64,000 nucleotides of DNA, from contig CM060732.1 of the NCBI GenBank assembly GCA_030704615.1, positions 70,184,001 through 70,248,000 of the forward strand. The letters are read 5' to 3'. How positions within the stretch are numbered: the stretch's first letter is position 1; each line of letters starts with the position of its first letter. A program made the position numbers and the translations under genes. This document shows, in pieces, positions 35,327 through 47,125 of the stretch. The notes under the pieces were generated by a model. That model was not told the origin of the DNA, ran no database searches, and saw only the letters and a program-made list of their open reading frames with translations. The stretch comes from Takakia lepidozioides. Taxonomy: Eukaryota; Plantae; Bryophyta.

Positions 35327-38300
35327 ATGGGGACGTTTACACTGCATGCAGTGGAGGGAGACCCCCGCACACTTGCCCCCTTCATCACTGCGGAGGCCTG
35401 CGGGCTTGCTCTGGGCTTCTCCCCCACGGAGAACCTTCCCGTGCTGTCTTTGGATCCATTGACAGGCCGGAGTCCGTTTCTGTTTGTTGGATCCACGGGC
35501 GTTTCTCTCCAGGAGCCACTTGCGGTGTGTCGATTCATTGCCAGCACCAGCCAAATCTCTTCTCTGTACGCCCAGAGTGGGTCTCCTCTGCATTTGCAGA
35601 CGGAGGAGTGGCTAGATTGGGCAGAGAGGGAGGTGCGCAGCACGGTGACGCAAGTTTTGAATGGGAACGGTCAAAACGATAGGGTTCTCAACGTTTTTGA
35701 GAAGATTGCACACGCACTCAGGGGGAAGTTGTATATATTGGAAGATCATCTGACAATTGTGGATATTGTGGTGTGGTCTGAACTGTTCCCGTTGTTTGGA
35801 GGCAACATCAGTGACATCTTTGGGGTGAATGAGGCAGTGTTGAAATGGTTCAGGTAAATTTTGGTCTCTTTCCCTTGTGTCGGTGCTCTTTTATGTGTCA
35901 CAGCTTGGCACTTGCTGTTGACAAACTTTTTCTCTCTCTAAGCGTTTGTTTGTCTGAGAGTCTAATCATCAGTTCTTACAGGACACTGGGTAATTCGGAG
36001 CCTTTTCTCAAAGGGGGAGACACAGCCCTCGGTGACGCCTCATCAGAAACCCTAATTGAGGCAGCTAAAGCAGTGGGAACGGGCAGCGTCAGCTCTGCCG
36101 AGAGTAGTGGTTTAAGATCACTGTTGGTGGGCAGAGTCCCCGTCCCTGGGAAGCGGAATGTGCTGGTGACGAGTGCACTCCCCTATGTCAACAATGTGCC
36201 CCATTTGGGCAACATCATTGGATGTGAGTCGCTGTGTTCTTAAACCCTACATCCTAAAGCCCTTATTGCCCTTTGCAAATTTATCTTGCCATTGTAGAGT
36301 GTAAACCCTGTCTATTTTTTCTTCCCACACTCCCTCTCAAGGCAAGCATATGGGTAGCATATGGCCTACCTACCCTCGGCACTAGACTGAAATTTAAACT
36401 GAGGGCAAGGAGCCTACCTTTGAACAATAAACATATGCCGAGACGAAAAGGAGATTGTAATTGCCCGATGTGCAGGCAACCTGAAGACAGTATCCATTTT
36501 CTGATACATTGTCCGGAGTATTCTCACCAGAGAGTGTCCCTGTTCAGGAACATCAATAACATGGTTCCTGCACCTCTGATGCTTGTGTGAAGGGCTTTCT
36601 AGAGTGTAACTGGAAAGTCGGAACTAATTGTTTATACCAAGGTATTCATACTACTGCAGTGAGCCCCTCACAAAGGTAGTCCTATTCCCTATGTTTCTGT
36701 CCCAACTGGGTGTGGGGTTTTTGGTGTGGCAAACAAAGTCTTGTGAGTACATATGGGTACCAATTCATGCAGCAAGTCCTCCTGGCCTCTTGGTTCTCTG
36801 AGGTGGATATTACATCTAGTCAAAAGTTAACACAGATTCTAGTGTGAAAATCTAGTATAAGTAGATTTGACATTGTGCAAAGGTGATTGTCAAGCAGACA
36901 AACTGTGAGAGCTACAGTCTCACCAAGCTTTCAGTAGCAAGGGACTTGATCAGTCATGGGAAATTCTTGGTTGTTTTGGAAAACCAGAGGAACATTCTCT
37001 AGTGATTAAACTGACATTGGGGTGTTGTGATGGTATAGATGCCTTAAACCTGTACTTGGTCAATTGAGAGTGGGTAGGTGTGTTGAGTGCGGATGTGTAT
37101 GCACGCTACTGTCGGATACGGGGCTACAATATCATCTACATGTGTGGAACTGACGAGTATGGGACGGCCACAGAAACCAAGGCCATGGAGGAGGGGTTGA
37201 CTCCTCAGCAGATTTGTGACAAGTTTGTCATCTGAAGAACCCCCTGTACTTCAATTTCTAGTTCTGCATTTTGATAACACTTTTGATCTGGGATGTTGAA
37301 AGAACACAGGCTACTTTGGATTGTTTGTGAAGTCAAATCCTCCTACTGATTGTACATGATACTACCAGGTATCATGCAATTCACAAGGATATCTATGAGT
37401 GGTTCGACATTCAGTTTGACACATTTGGACGCACATCAACGCCTCAGCAGACAGAGATTTGTCAGGCCATCTTCAAGCAGCTGTATGACAGAAAGCGCCT
37501 CAAAGAAAATACGATGAGCCAGGTGAGCTTTTTCCAGCATGCGACTTAGCTACAGCTAGGAAAGAAGTTACTGAGTGTTTGCAGCAGGACCTGCTGTTGT
37601 GTAGGCAATTTTGACCTGGGGATGAGGTTGAGGGCATAGCCATGAGAGTTGGTTGTGGAAGTTCTCAAAGTGGTTCTTCTTCCTTTTGGGGAATGTAGGA
37701 GATGGAAATGCAGGGTTTAAGCATGGTGTTGCAAGAATTAGCTGCATAGTCTGTGCATAAGAGCAGGATGATGAACATGCAAGGATCATTGTGTTGCACC
37801 ATTCACCACTTTGTATCTTCGGTGGATCAGACTCTGGACATTGGTTGCTTGTGGAGTTTACTTTGAGTTTTGGAGGCATGGTAATCTAATCCGTTGATAT
37901 ATTCCATATGTGCTGCAGCCTTACTGCGACACATGTCAGCGATTTCTAGCAGACAGGTTCGTGGAGGGCACGTGTCCAATGCCAGGGTGTGGTTATGAGG
38001 ATGCACGTGGTGACCAGTGCGATAAGTGTGGGAAGCTGCTCAATGCTGAAGATCTTATTAACCCTCGATGCAAGGTTTCCCCCTACCACTGGCAGAGCAC
38101 AAAACAGCTCTAAATCCCACAAGCTGCAAGCTTCATGTGACTATTGAATTCATATACTGCTTTTAATGAGTCTTCATGCCTACAATTCTGCTTGTGCAGA
38201 TGTCTAGTTTGTTTATTGAGTTGCCGGTCAAGAGGGCATCTGTTGCATAGTTTGGCCTCAATGGCCTCCATCGAGCTTGGGAGAAGCCCCAACCAAACCT

Positions 38301-41300
38301 TATCCTTGTCTCAAGACACATCTTGATACACCATAGCATGATTATTGTAGGTTTGTGGGAACCGTCCAGTAACTCGAGAAACAGAACACTTGTTCTTGGA
38401 CTTGCCCGAACTGAAGAACCAGCTGGAGGGATATGTAGCCAGTACATCCGTGGCAGGGGGCTGGAGTGCAAACTCAGTGCAAACAACCAATGCTTGGATC
38501 CGGGATGGGCTGAAGGAGCGTTGCATCACACGTGATCTGAAGTGGGGAGTGCCTGTTCCTTTGGAAAAATACAAAGAAAAGGTGCTGTTCATTGTTATCA
38601 TGGCAATGGACTTCTGATGTTGAAGGCAAATTGCAGGATCAGAGGCCTAACACCTTGTGCATGCTAAGGAGAAAAAAATGTACAATGGTTTGGTTTTAAC
38701 TCGTTATCTTTGTATGAACAGAGGTCCAATGCTTCCTTTCTCTCACTTGTCAGGTGGCAATGAGTGCTGATCGTGTACAACACAAGCTTCTATGCACCTT
38801 CAATGCAAGGTGTACAATTCAATGTAGTTAGGGGTTGTATTTGCCAAAGGAAGAGCTGACATGACTGGACCGGTGGAGTGTCCAGGTTTTTTATGTGTGG
38901 TTTGATGCACCAATTGGATATATATCTATCACGGCAAATTATACGCCAGAGTGGGAGAAGTGGTGGAAGTCTCCCAAGGATGTGGAGCTTGTGCAGTTTA
39001 TGGGGAAAGATAATGTTCCGTTCCACACTGTAAGAAGAGCTTCTGCTCAAGTGATGTGTACATAGCTGGAAGCGTCAGATAGGAAGTGTTTGTTAGAGTC
39101 ACAGATTATGTTGGGTGCAGGGTCTAATTTTTGAACCTTCAGGGTAAGAATCTGTTTAAATTTTGCTCATGTGATGGTGGCTTGTCTACATGGCCTGTTT
39201 TGGACTCTTAGGGATTGCAGTATCTGGATGTGCTTGATAGCCATAATGGCAATTAAGTGTGGCACCACTGTGGGCTTATGTTTTATGGGAGTTGCTGATT
39301 TTATCTGGGAGCAAGCTCTAGCCACCACTGGCCAAGAGGGTAAAACTGCTGTGTGAAATGGTCAAGAAGGATAGTTTTCCAGTCACAGTTCCAATACTCC
39401 TTTGGGTAGCCACAGATTTGATGCTTGTCTCCATCTTTTCATGCATGTGGGCAAGCCTGGTATTAGTAGGGTGTGTGTGAGGCTCTAAGGACTCATCTAT
39501 TTGTTCTGCACTGGGGTTTGCAGGTTATTTTTCCGTGCACACTGTTGGGCACGGGTGAGCCCTGGACCTTGATGAGGACAATCAGTGTCACTGAATACCT
39601 GAATTATGAGTCAGGTCTGTCCTCACTACTTCACATCTTGCAATGTAAAAAAGTTCTTCATATTGTAGCTTGGGGATTGATAGGCATGTGCTTTTCACCT
39701 GTCAAGCAGAGCTGACCCAGATACAGGTGGATGTGTAGTCTCACGGGTTGACAAATTTTATTTTGCATTTGTAACCTGGGTCTCAGGGGCTTGCAGGCAA
39801 GTTTTCAAAGAGCAGAGGTGTTGGGGTGTTTGGTAATGATGTGAAGACAACAAGCATTCCTGTGGAAGTGTGGCGTTATTATCTCCTTACCAATCGTCCA
39901 GAGGTACCGCCATCTTAGAGTACTGTATAAGTGTCTGTTTGTTAAAATTGGACAATGGGCCATGTATATTGTATGAGGGGAGAGAGTTAAAGTGATTGAG
40001 AAAAAGCATACCTGCTCACTTGGCTGAAACAGAAAGCATGGGTGCGGGCTGTAGGTGTCAGACACCCTGTTCACTTGGGCAGATTTACAGGCAAAACAGA
40101 ACAATGAGTTGTTGAAAAACCTGGGGAACTTCATTCATCGGACCCTCTCTTTTCTTGCTAAGCCAACAGGTTTCTTCCTCACAATTTGTGCTTTTTTCAT
40201 ACTCGTCATGTTGCTGTATTTTGGCTAGTACTTCTCTGCGATGGCTTTTTGAAAGGTTGTGTTTGTACAACAGATCCTCGCGGAAATGTCTAGTGAAGAT
40301 GCTGCTTGCCTGTTTGGGCATCCCATGAAATCTGTGGTTTTGCCTCTGCTTGTTGTCACTAAGGTAATCTTCACATGGTACAAGCTTTAAAGGCAGGATA
40401 GTCTCTTTAGAACATCTCTCTGCACTTTGGGGTTGACATTCCTCAGATACCAACACTTATGAGTGTCATTTATGTGGAAAATTCAGGGGAAGGAGGCTAC
40501 AGCGGTGTGGTTCCAGAAGACAATGGTGCTGAGGCGCATGAGCTGACAGCAGCCTTCGGCAAAAAAGTTGGCGAAACTGTCATAGAGTACATTGAAGCAA
40601 TGGAGAAGGTAATTCTCTCCTCAGGAATAGTGTTGGTTTGTATGGATTTACTGAAGACTTTGACATTTCAATTCTCTTCAAATCAGAAAGTGAAATTGAA
40701 ATATCTGCATTTGTGGCCATTCATTGGGGGTAAGTGTGTGTGTTGCCTGTAGCAGAGAGCATGGTCAGTAATTACCTTCAGTGTCTATTATTGCTGGGAT
40801 CTTTACAGTGTGATTAAATGCCACGTCCTGGTTAACAGGTGAAGCTGAAGGCGGGCCTCAGAACAGCGATGAATATCTCCAGCCTCGGCAATAGCTACCT
40901 CCAAGTATGACTCGCTTGTAGCCAATATCTTGGGTGTATTATTAAGTCTTTGGTGAGAGAGAGTACATAATATTTCTCTTCTTTTATGTAGGTTCATTGC
41001 TTCAGTCAGGGTACTTTGGTTTAAGACACAATGGGGGAAGGAGAGGGAAAGGATGATTGAGGGAGAAAGTAAAAAATATGAGCATGCTATGCTTTTGCAC
41101 GACCTGTAGTCTAATCTATGGCTATGGTGGACACAGGATAGTAAGTTTTGGAAGCTGTACAAGGAGGACCCACCCGCATGTGCAATTGTGTTGAAGACAT
41201 CAGTGGGCCTCGTGCATTTGTTGGCCGTCCTTCTGGAGCCATTCATGCCTTCCTTGTCGCACAAGGTTTGTGATAATTTCCCAAGAGGTGCAATCTCTTT

Positions 41301-43555
41301 GGGCCATTCCCTCTCCTCTTCCATATACATCTCCTCTACCATGGGTTTCCACAATCGGACTCGTGAATTGCTGAACCTGCATGGACTTGCTGCACCTCAT
41401 TCCACAGTTGGAAGGAGTCAAATTTGATAGAATTATCTGCTCATTTTCCTTCATTGTGACTTTGTAAGGCCACAGCAACACCGTTATGAGCAGTGACCAT
41501 ACAAGTCAGAAAGTGCTGGGGTAAATACCAAGCTGTTTTGCAGGGTAACCCAATAAGAGCCATAATCCTGAAATTCAGCTGTAGTTTGAAAGCGGGTTCA
41601 TATTGGATATAATTGCAGGTATTGGCACAGCTGAATTTGCCCCCGTCAACATTAACGCTTGTAGAGGAAAAAGGAGATTTGATGAGAGCTTCCAGGCCTT
41701 GGGAGCTGGTTCCTGCAGGCCACCAAATTGGCACGCCCGAGACATTATTCTCAGAAATGGTCAGTTGTCACACTTGCCCTGCTGTTTACCAAACTTTGGT
41801 ACAGTCAGCGTTAACAGTATGCTAGAGAGCTGGTAGTCTACTCCAGGGGATCCAGTAGGAAGCTGGCTAAACCTTTGTGGGATCACATGGAAAACTTTCG
41901 CGGCATTCATTGACCTTTTCTTTTGATCAGTAAACTGTGCTGGAAAGTGGAAAGTTTGGCCGGAGGTAGAATTCAGCGCGCAGCTGTAGTGGCTAGGTTT
42001 GGGAGAAGGTAGTTGGCACCCTGTGATAATGCAAGTTACTTGTTACGACTGAGAGCATGATGAGGAAATTGAGAATCTCAAATTAATCGTCTTCAAACAG
42101 GTATTGTAAGTCAATTGGGGTACTTAGTAGGGCACCCTTGAACAGATTATTACCTCTTCACAAAGATGAAGTAAGCTGAATAAGTCTGAAATGTTATTCC
42201 TGATGGTATGCCTATTTTTGAATGAGGGTTTTGCGTATAGGTGACGTTTAGTACCAGAAACTGCTTTTCCCCAGACTGATGACTTGAGTTGTTACACAGA
42301 AAGACGAGGAGGTAGAAAGATACCGTCAGAAATTTGCAGGCAGCCAGGCAGACCGGGCAGCAGCAGAAGCAGGTGTAATTGCAGCGGCTGTGACTGCAAA
42401 TTCAGGTCTGGATCATTAACAGTTGTGAACAGGAGAATGTGGTACTTTATTTAGAGTGAGATACGCTGATGACTGTAGTACTGGAATTGTATAGTAGGCA
42501 TTATGCCCCATTGAAAGTGATGCCATCTTCAATTTGAATAATGTGCCTTCTTTATCTCCAGGTCCCTCAACACCAGCAGTCACTGAGAAAGAGGCCAAGG
42601 GCAAGAAGGGTGGGAAAGGTGTGCCAAAAGATGCAGAAACTAATAAGGGAAAGAAGGCTCCAGCTGCAGTCATAGAGGCTCCAGTTGATGTTGCGAGATT
42701 GGATATACGGGTGGGGCTGATTACTGAAGTGAAGAAGCACCCAGATGCTGATTCTTTGTATGTTGAGCAAATTGATGTGGGAGAGGCTGTGCCCCGTACT
42801 GTGGTCAGCGGTCTTGTTAAGTTCATTCCAATGGAAAAGCTGCAGGTATATATTGCTGTCAGTTCTTTCTTCTCTCTTTCTTTCTTGCAGTCTACATCAC
42901 CCTTTCTCAATAACCCTTGTGCTTTGTTTCTACAGAACCAGAAAGTGTGTGTACTTTGCAACCTAAAACCGGCAGCCATGCGGGGAATCAAATCACATGC
43001 CATGGTTCTGGCTGCGTCCAATGGTGACCATACACAGGTTATATACGGCACTCATCTTTGTCTTCTCTTTGTGCGAGGCAACTGTGTTTCCCAATTGCAG
43101 TGGGTTATGGGTCCTAATCCTTTTTGCATTGGCTTTATGATGGAATTGGAATCAAAGCATCAAATCTTTCAGCACAGATCTCTCACCCTGCCCCACATCC
43201 CTTGTTCCCCCTGTTTTCTTGATTCACCAGTGCTAGTCTCTCGCTATGAGAAAGCACACTCCCTCTCCCTCGTCTACATGGTTGTCAGCTTTTTGTCTTG
43301 TTCTGTGAGTTTTTGTGTATGCAGGTGGAGCTAGTCATCCCTCCAGATAGTGCGGCTGTTGGAGAGAGGGTGAAGTTTCCAGGTTTTGATGGGGAGCCAG
43401 ATGAGGTGCTCAATCCCAAGAAGAAAGTGTGGGAATTGGTGCAACCCCATTTGCATACCAACAATAATCGTGTGGCTGTTTACCAAGATGTGCCTTTCAC
43501 GACAACGGGGGGCATCTGCCAGGTTGCTTCAATTTGCAACGGAGAAATAAAATAG
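35327..43555 (+). CDS. MARS: Cytosolic methionyl-tRNA synthetase with N-terminal GST-like and C-terminal EMAPII-like tRNA-binding domains (18 exons)
   Basis: Exons 35327-35853, 35982-36223, 37078-37222, 37369-37522, 37919-38074, 38351-38581, 38886-39029, 39524-39614, 39797-39903, 40055-40169, 40487-40608, 40839-40904, 41137-41265, 41619-41759, 42300-42405, 42562-42845, 42936-43037, 43325-43555. Motifs: [18 protein letters not shown] (HIGH), Zn knuckles, [28 protein letters not shown]...KHPDADSLY. Confidence 0.95.
36370..36590 (+). mobile_element. LINE 3'-end fragment (C-terminal CCHC zinc knuckle) inside MetRS intron 2
   Basis: [15 protein letters not shown]...[24 protein letters not shown] matches the CxxC...E...H....C motif at the end of non-LTR ORF2 proteins. 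Confidence 0.75.
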
Positions 43556-44421
43556 GCTCTACAGCCTTCCTACATTTTTTCGCAAATTTGGGGGTATGGG
43601 GTAGAGAAAGCTGGCCCCTTTAGATGATAGCCACATTTATATAGCTATTTCCTTCCACATTTTACTGGGTTGGGATGAGAAACTATTGACTTTGACCCAT
43701 GGCAGCCCATGCTGTTTAAACAGGTAGGGTTGAATCGGCTTTGTTGGCAGATGAACAACAGACGATCTCGATGATTGCTGTCTGCAGTACCTGACCAAGT
43801 TTTAAATTTAACTTCTGATAAGATAGAAGTGTAGAGCCTTCTTACTCGCCAATGATGAATAGGCTGCGCGGCCACAGATTGATTGCCAGATTGGATAAGC
43901 AAACGACTTGGTTAGCTTAACCTCATTGGTATTGATTCTGTACTCTTTCCATCTACATTCTTAATTCTTCTCTTATGGGACCCTCAGGAGTTGCATAGTT
44001 GTCAGTAGACTCAAATTATTACCCCTAAATGTGATCTCTTTGAAGATCTCATTTCCATTTGGATTCATCAGTCTCCCCATGCCCTTGTTTCTTGGTTGGA
44101 GTTGTCAAATGATTTCGGGTGTGTGAATCTGTGTTGGCCAGAAATGAGTCTCGTGGATGCAAGAAGAAGTAGATAGTAATTCATGAAGCGGATGGGGGCT
44201 GGCTCACTGTCCAACTTACACTACTTTTTGCCAATCATACTTTCATGGCATTCCTGCTTCACCCCGTTCCTAAATAGCATATTCCACAGATTCTAGGAAT
44301 ATAGAGAAAATATGTTTCAGCAAAACAAAAATGTGCTCCTGCAGAAAAATTACAAAACTATCTCAGATTTGTGCAAAATATGTTCTGGCAAAACAATTCT
44401 TTTGTTTTTATTAAGGGAAAT

Positions 44422-44664
44422 ACCTGGGAGCGACAGCTCGCAAATCAGGCCCCTTAATTATAGTGAGAGGAGAAACCAAAAATGTTGCTCAGGCTAAGAA
44501 AGAAACCCCAAACTATTTCAAATTTGTGAAGAGCTAGTAATACTAGCGCACTTATTTCCTTTTAGAAGATATCCATCTAGAAAAAAATAAAATTGGAAAT
44601 GAAATTTCGCCAGTGAAATATTTTTATGATTTTGAAATAAAAACGTGGGCTGTCGCTCCCAGGT
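44422..44664. mobile_element. AT-rich MITE-like element
   Basis: Perfect 16-bp inverted repeat ACCTGGGAGCGACAGC (44422-44437) / GCTGTCGCTCCCAGGT (44649-44664) bounding an AT-rich interior. Not present in the duplicated copy of this region. Confidence 0.6.
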
Positions 44665-45868
44665 TTCATTTAAAAAAATAAAAAATAAAATTAAAATTAA
44701 ACAATTCCGCGAAGGAAACCCTCCATAATATAATCAAATATAACATATGAATATGACGCCTCCCCAAGGGAGCCTGAACTTATGGTGTGCTACACTCTAC
44801 TGCCTCCCAGCACGATGCATTTTGGGCGTAATCTCGGTAGAAGACATCATCTAGAATATTGGATGGCATATTCAGGATGACATCTGGATACTCTTGTGAA
44901 TAAACCCAGCAAAATAGTCCAACTTACTAAACTGAAAGTAAATCTATATTCTCTAGAGAACAAACACGATCTCTAGTGACCACCGACGCTCCTTCTCTCC
45001 CACCGAGGCTTCTCTCCCACCGAGGCTGCTGTGACGATCTCTCCCACCGAGGATCCTTCTCTCTGCTGTGATGATCTCTACCACCGAGGCTCCTTCCCTC
45101 CTCCTTCCTTCCTTCACATCACAGTGTATATATATGCCACTCCTCCCTCCCTCTCCCACATCTTCACTTGGCGCTCGCATGTTCCATCCCTCTCGTCTCC
45201 TCTCTCTCTCCAGCTAGCTTGTGTAGAGTTTTATTTGGCGTCCAAGTGCACTAGCAAAAGAATTTGGTGCTTTGGAGGCTCTAAGGACCGAAGGATTGCG
45301 ACCTCCCAATTCGCTTGGACCGCTTGCAAATCTCAGTAAGTGCCGGCGTATTCTGCCCCAGGTTTCTCTTTATTCTCTTTCTGGCACATTGGTAGCTGCT
45401 GTCTGATCGAATTCCTCAGCTGTTCCACACTGGTTACCGTTTGTAACCACTGTCAACATCGGGGATACTTTTTGGTTTAATGTTTTCTTCGGGGAATCAC
45501 GATAAAGTGTTCTCTACAATATTGCACCATTATTGGGCTTAATGTTCACTACTGCTTAGGTAGCCAGGAATGTGCTTATTTGTAGTAATCATGCTTCGGA
45601 GATGGCCTACAATTCACATGGCCTAATGAGACACTCCTTCTCTATAGAACATGGGAATTCAGTTTCTTCTTCCGATGACTTGTGAACATTTTGACATTTA
45701 TGCAATTATCCTTTGCCCAGTCTGTCCAAAGCTCTTTATCCTAAGACACCACAAATGCAGGGCTTGCACTTGCTGTCGTAGTTCCAACAGATGGTACTGC
45801 TAGAAATAATCACTGGATATCGTGGTGGTGAGTACTTGCAGGAGGAGGACAGGAGGAGGACGCGAAAA

Positions 45869-46360
45869 ATGATGGGAACCTTAAGTGTGGGCGTGGTACT
45901 GGTGGGGGTGGGTCTGGTGCTACTAGCCATGGTCAACCATGTGCACGGGGCTGTTCCTTACAGCAACAGCGTGACCATTACTATCACGAACAAGATCGCA
46001 GACGGGTTCATGCGGCCCATGCGTATGGTTCCTGGCCCGCCTAACCCATCGACCATCTCAGTTGACTGCATTTCTGATCGCTTGCGTCAAACTCCCCTTG
46101 GGACGCAATGGCTCTATAACGAATATGTATATTCGTGGACCTTTCAGCCGATAGACCTCCATCACGTGGCATCGTGGACCTGTAGCTTCACGTACATGGA
46201 CCAGAAGACTGAATTTGTGATCTGGAATGGGGCGGTGAGCAATCTTCGCGCACTATCCTGCGAACAGTGCTTTTGGGAGGTCCATGAAGGAGGATTCTGG
46301 TGGACCCAGGGCTCCATCACAAATGCCCCATATGAATTCTACAGAGGCTGGGATGCTTGA
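45869..46360 (+). CDS. Secreted S-protein homologue (SPH, plant self-incompatibility S1 family), copy 1
   Basis: Hydrophobic signal peptide, then VTITITN...ISVDCISD...LGTQWL...YSWTF...WTCSF...FVIW...CEQCFWEVHEGGFW...W. This matches the SPH pattern (V-I-N, CxS, LG, W-F, C-F, CxxC-W, terminal W). TATA-like motif at ~45126 and probable 5'UTR intron ~45336-45841. Confidence 0.85.
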   Translation: MMGTLSVGVVLVGVGLVLLAMVNHVHGAVPYSNSVTITITNKIADGFMRPMRMVPGPPNPSTISVDCISDRLRQTPLGTQWLYNEYVYSWTFQPIDLHHVASWTCSFTYMDQKTEFVIWNGAVSNLRALSCEQCFWEVHEGGFWWTQGSITNAPYEFYRGWDA

Positions 46361-47125
46361 TCAGCCCTCACTCCTCTTCCCCGCTTAACACCAGGTTTTT
46401 CCATCACTGCTGATTGTTGACGAGGGTTCAACATTATCATGCAAGCTAACTCTGATTTCGAATTTTGAATTTTGCATGATGTCCTGAATCAGATCATGGC
46501 GTTCAGGAGCTTGGGGCCAATATGGATCTCAAACAGATGTGGATAATTAGTCTGGATAGATTGGTAGCTGCAACTAGAAACATGTCCCTCCATAGTGATA
46601 GCCAGATTCCATTACATATGTGAACATGTATATATCGCTATGTGCACAGAAGTGGTGCTAGAATCTGATGAGATTGTGATAAGGTACTTCAGCTACCTTG
46701 CAGTTCGCTGGTAATAAAGTTTATATATTCTGGCAGTCCCAATTGTCTCTGAAGTCATGTATAGTCTGTACATATATAACATCCAACGTTGTTGAGATAG
46801 AGTCTTATGGTACTAGTGCTTGAAACTGAGCCTGCAGTGAGGTTATTCAGCAATGATAGTGCACAAGGCATGAACCCAGCTTGCATGCCATATCCACGCA
46901 CATACATTAATATATCTTAGTAAGTTGGTATATAGATCAATTGTCTCTCTGTACACATCCAACGTTGTTTGAGATAGAGTCTAGTGCTTGTAATACTGAA
47001 CTGAAGCTCCAGTATGAGCAGTACCCAGCTACAAACACTAGCCAACAACATAAACCGATCATATAATGTCAACTAAAACTTGTTAAATAGTTTGATCTGT
47101 CCCAACCTTCTCGTCCTATGCGGAC

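Noticed and set aside
42416-43051. 211-aa minus-strand ORF and its 185-aa counterpart at 53862-54419
   Set aside because: Antisense shadows of MetRS exons 16-17. They are shared only because of the duplication.
45791-45868. Longer N-terminus of SPH copy 1 given by the ORF track
   Set aside because: It spans a probable 5'UTR intron/acceptor (TTGCAG at ~45836-45841), would mask the signal peptide, and is not conserved in copy 2.
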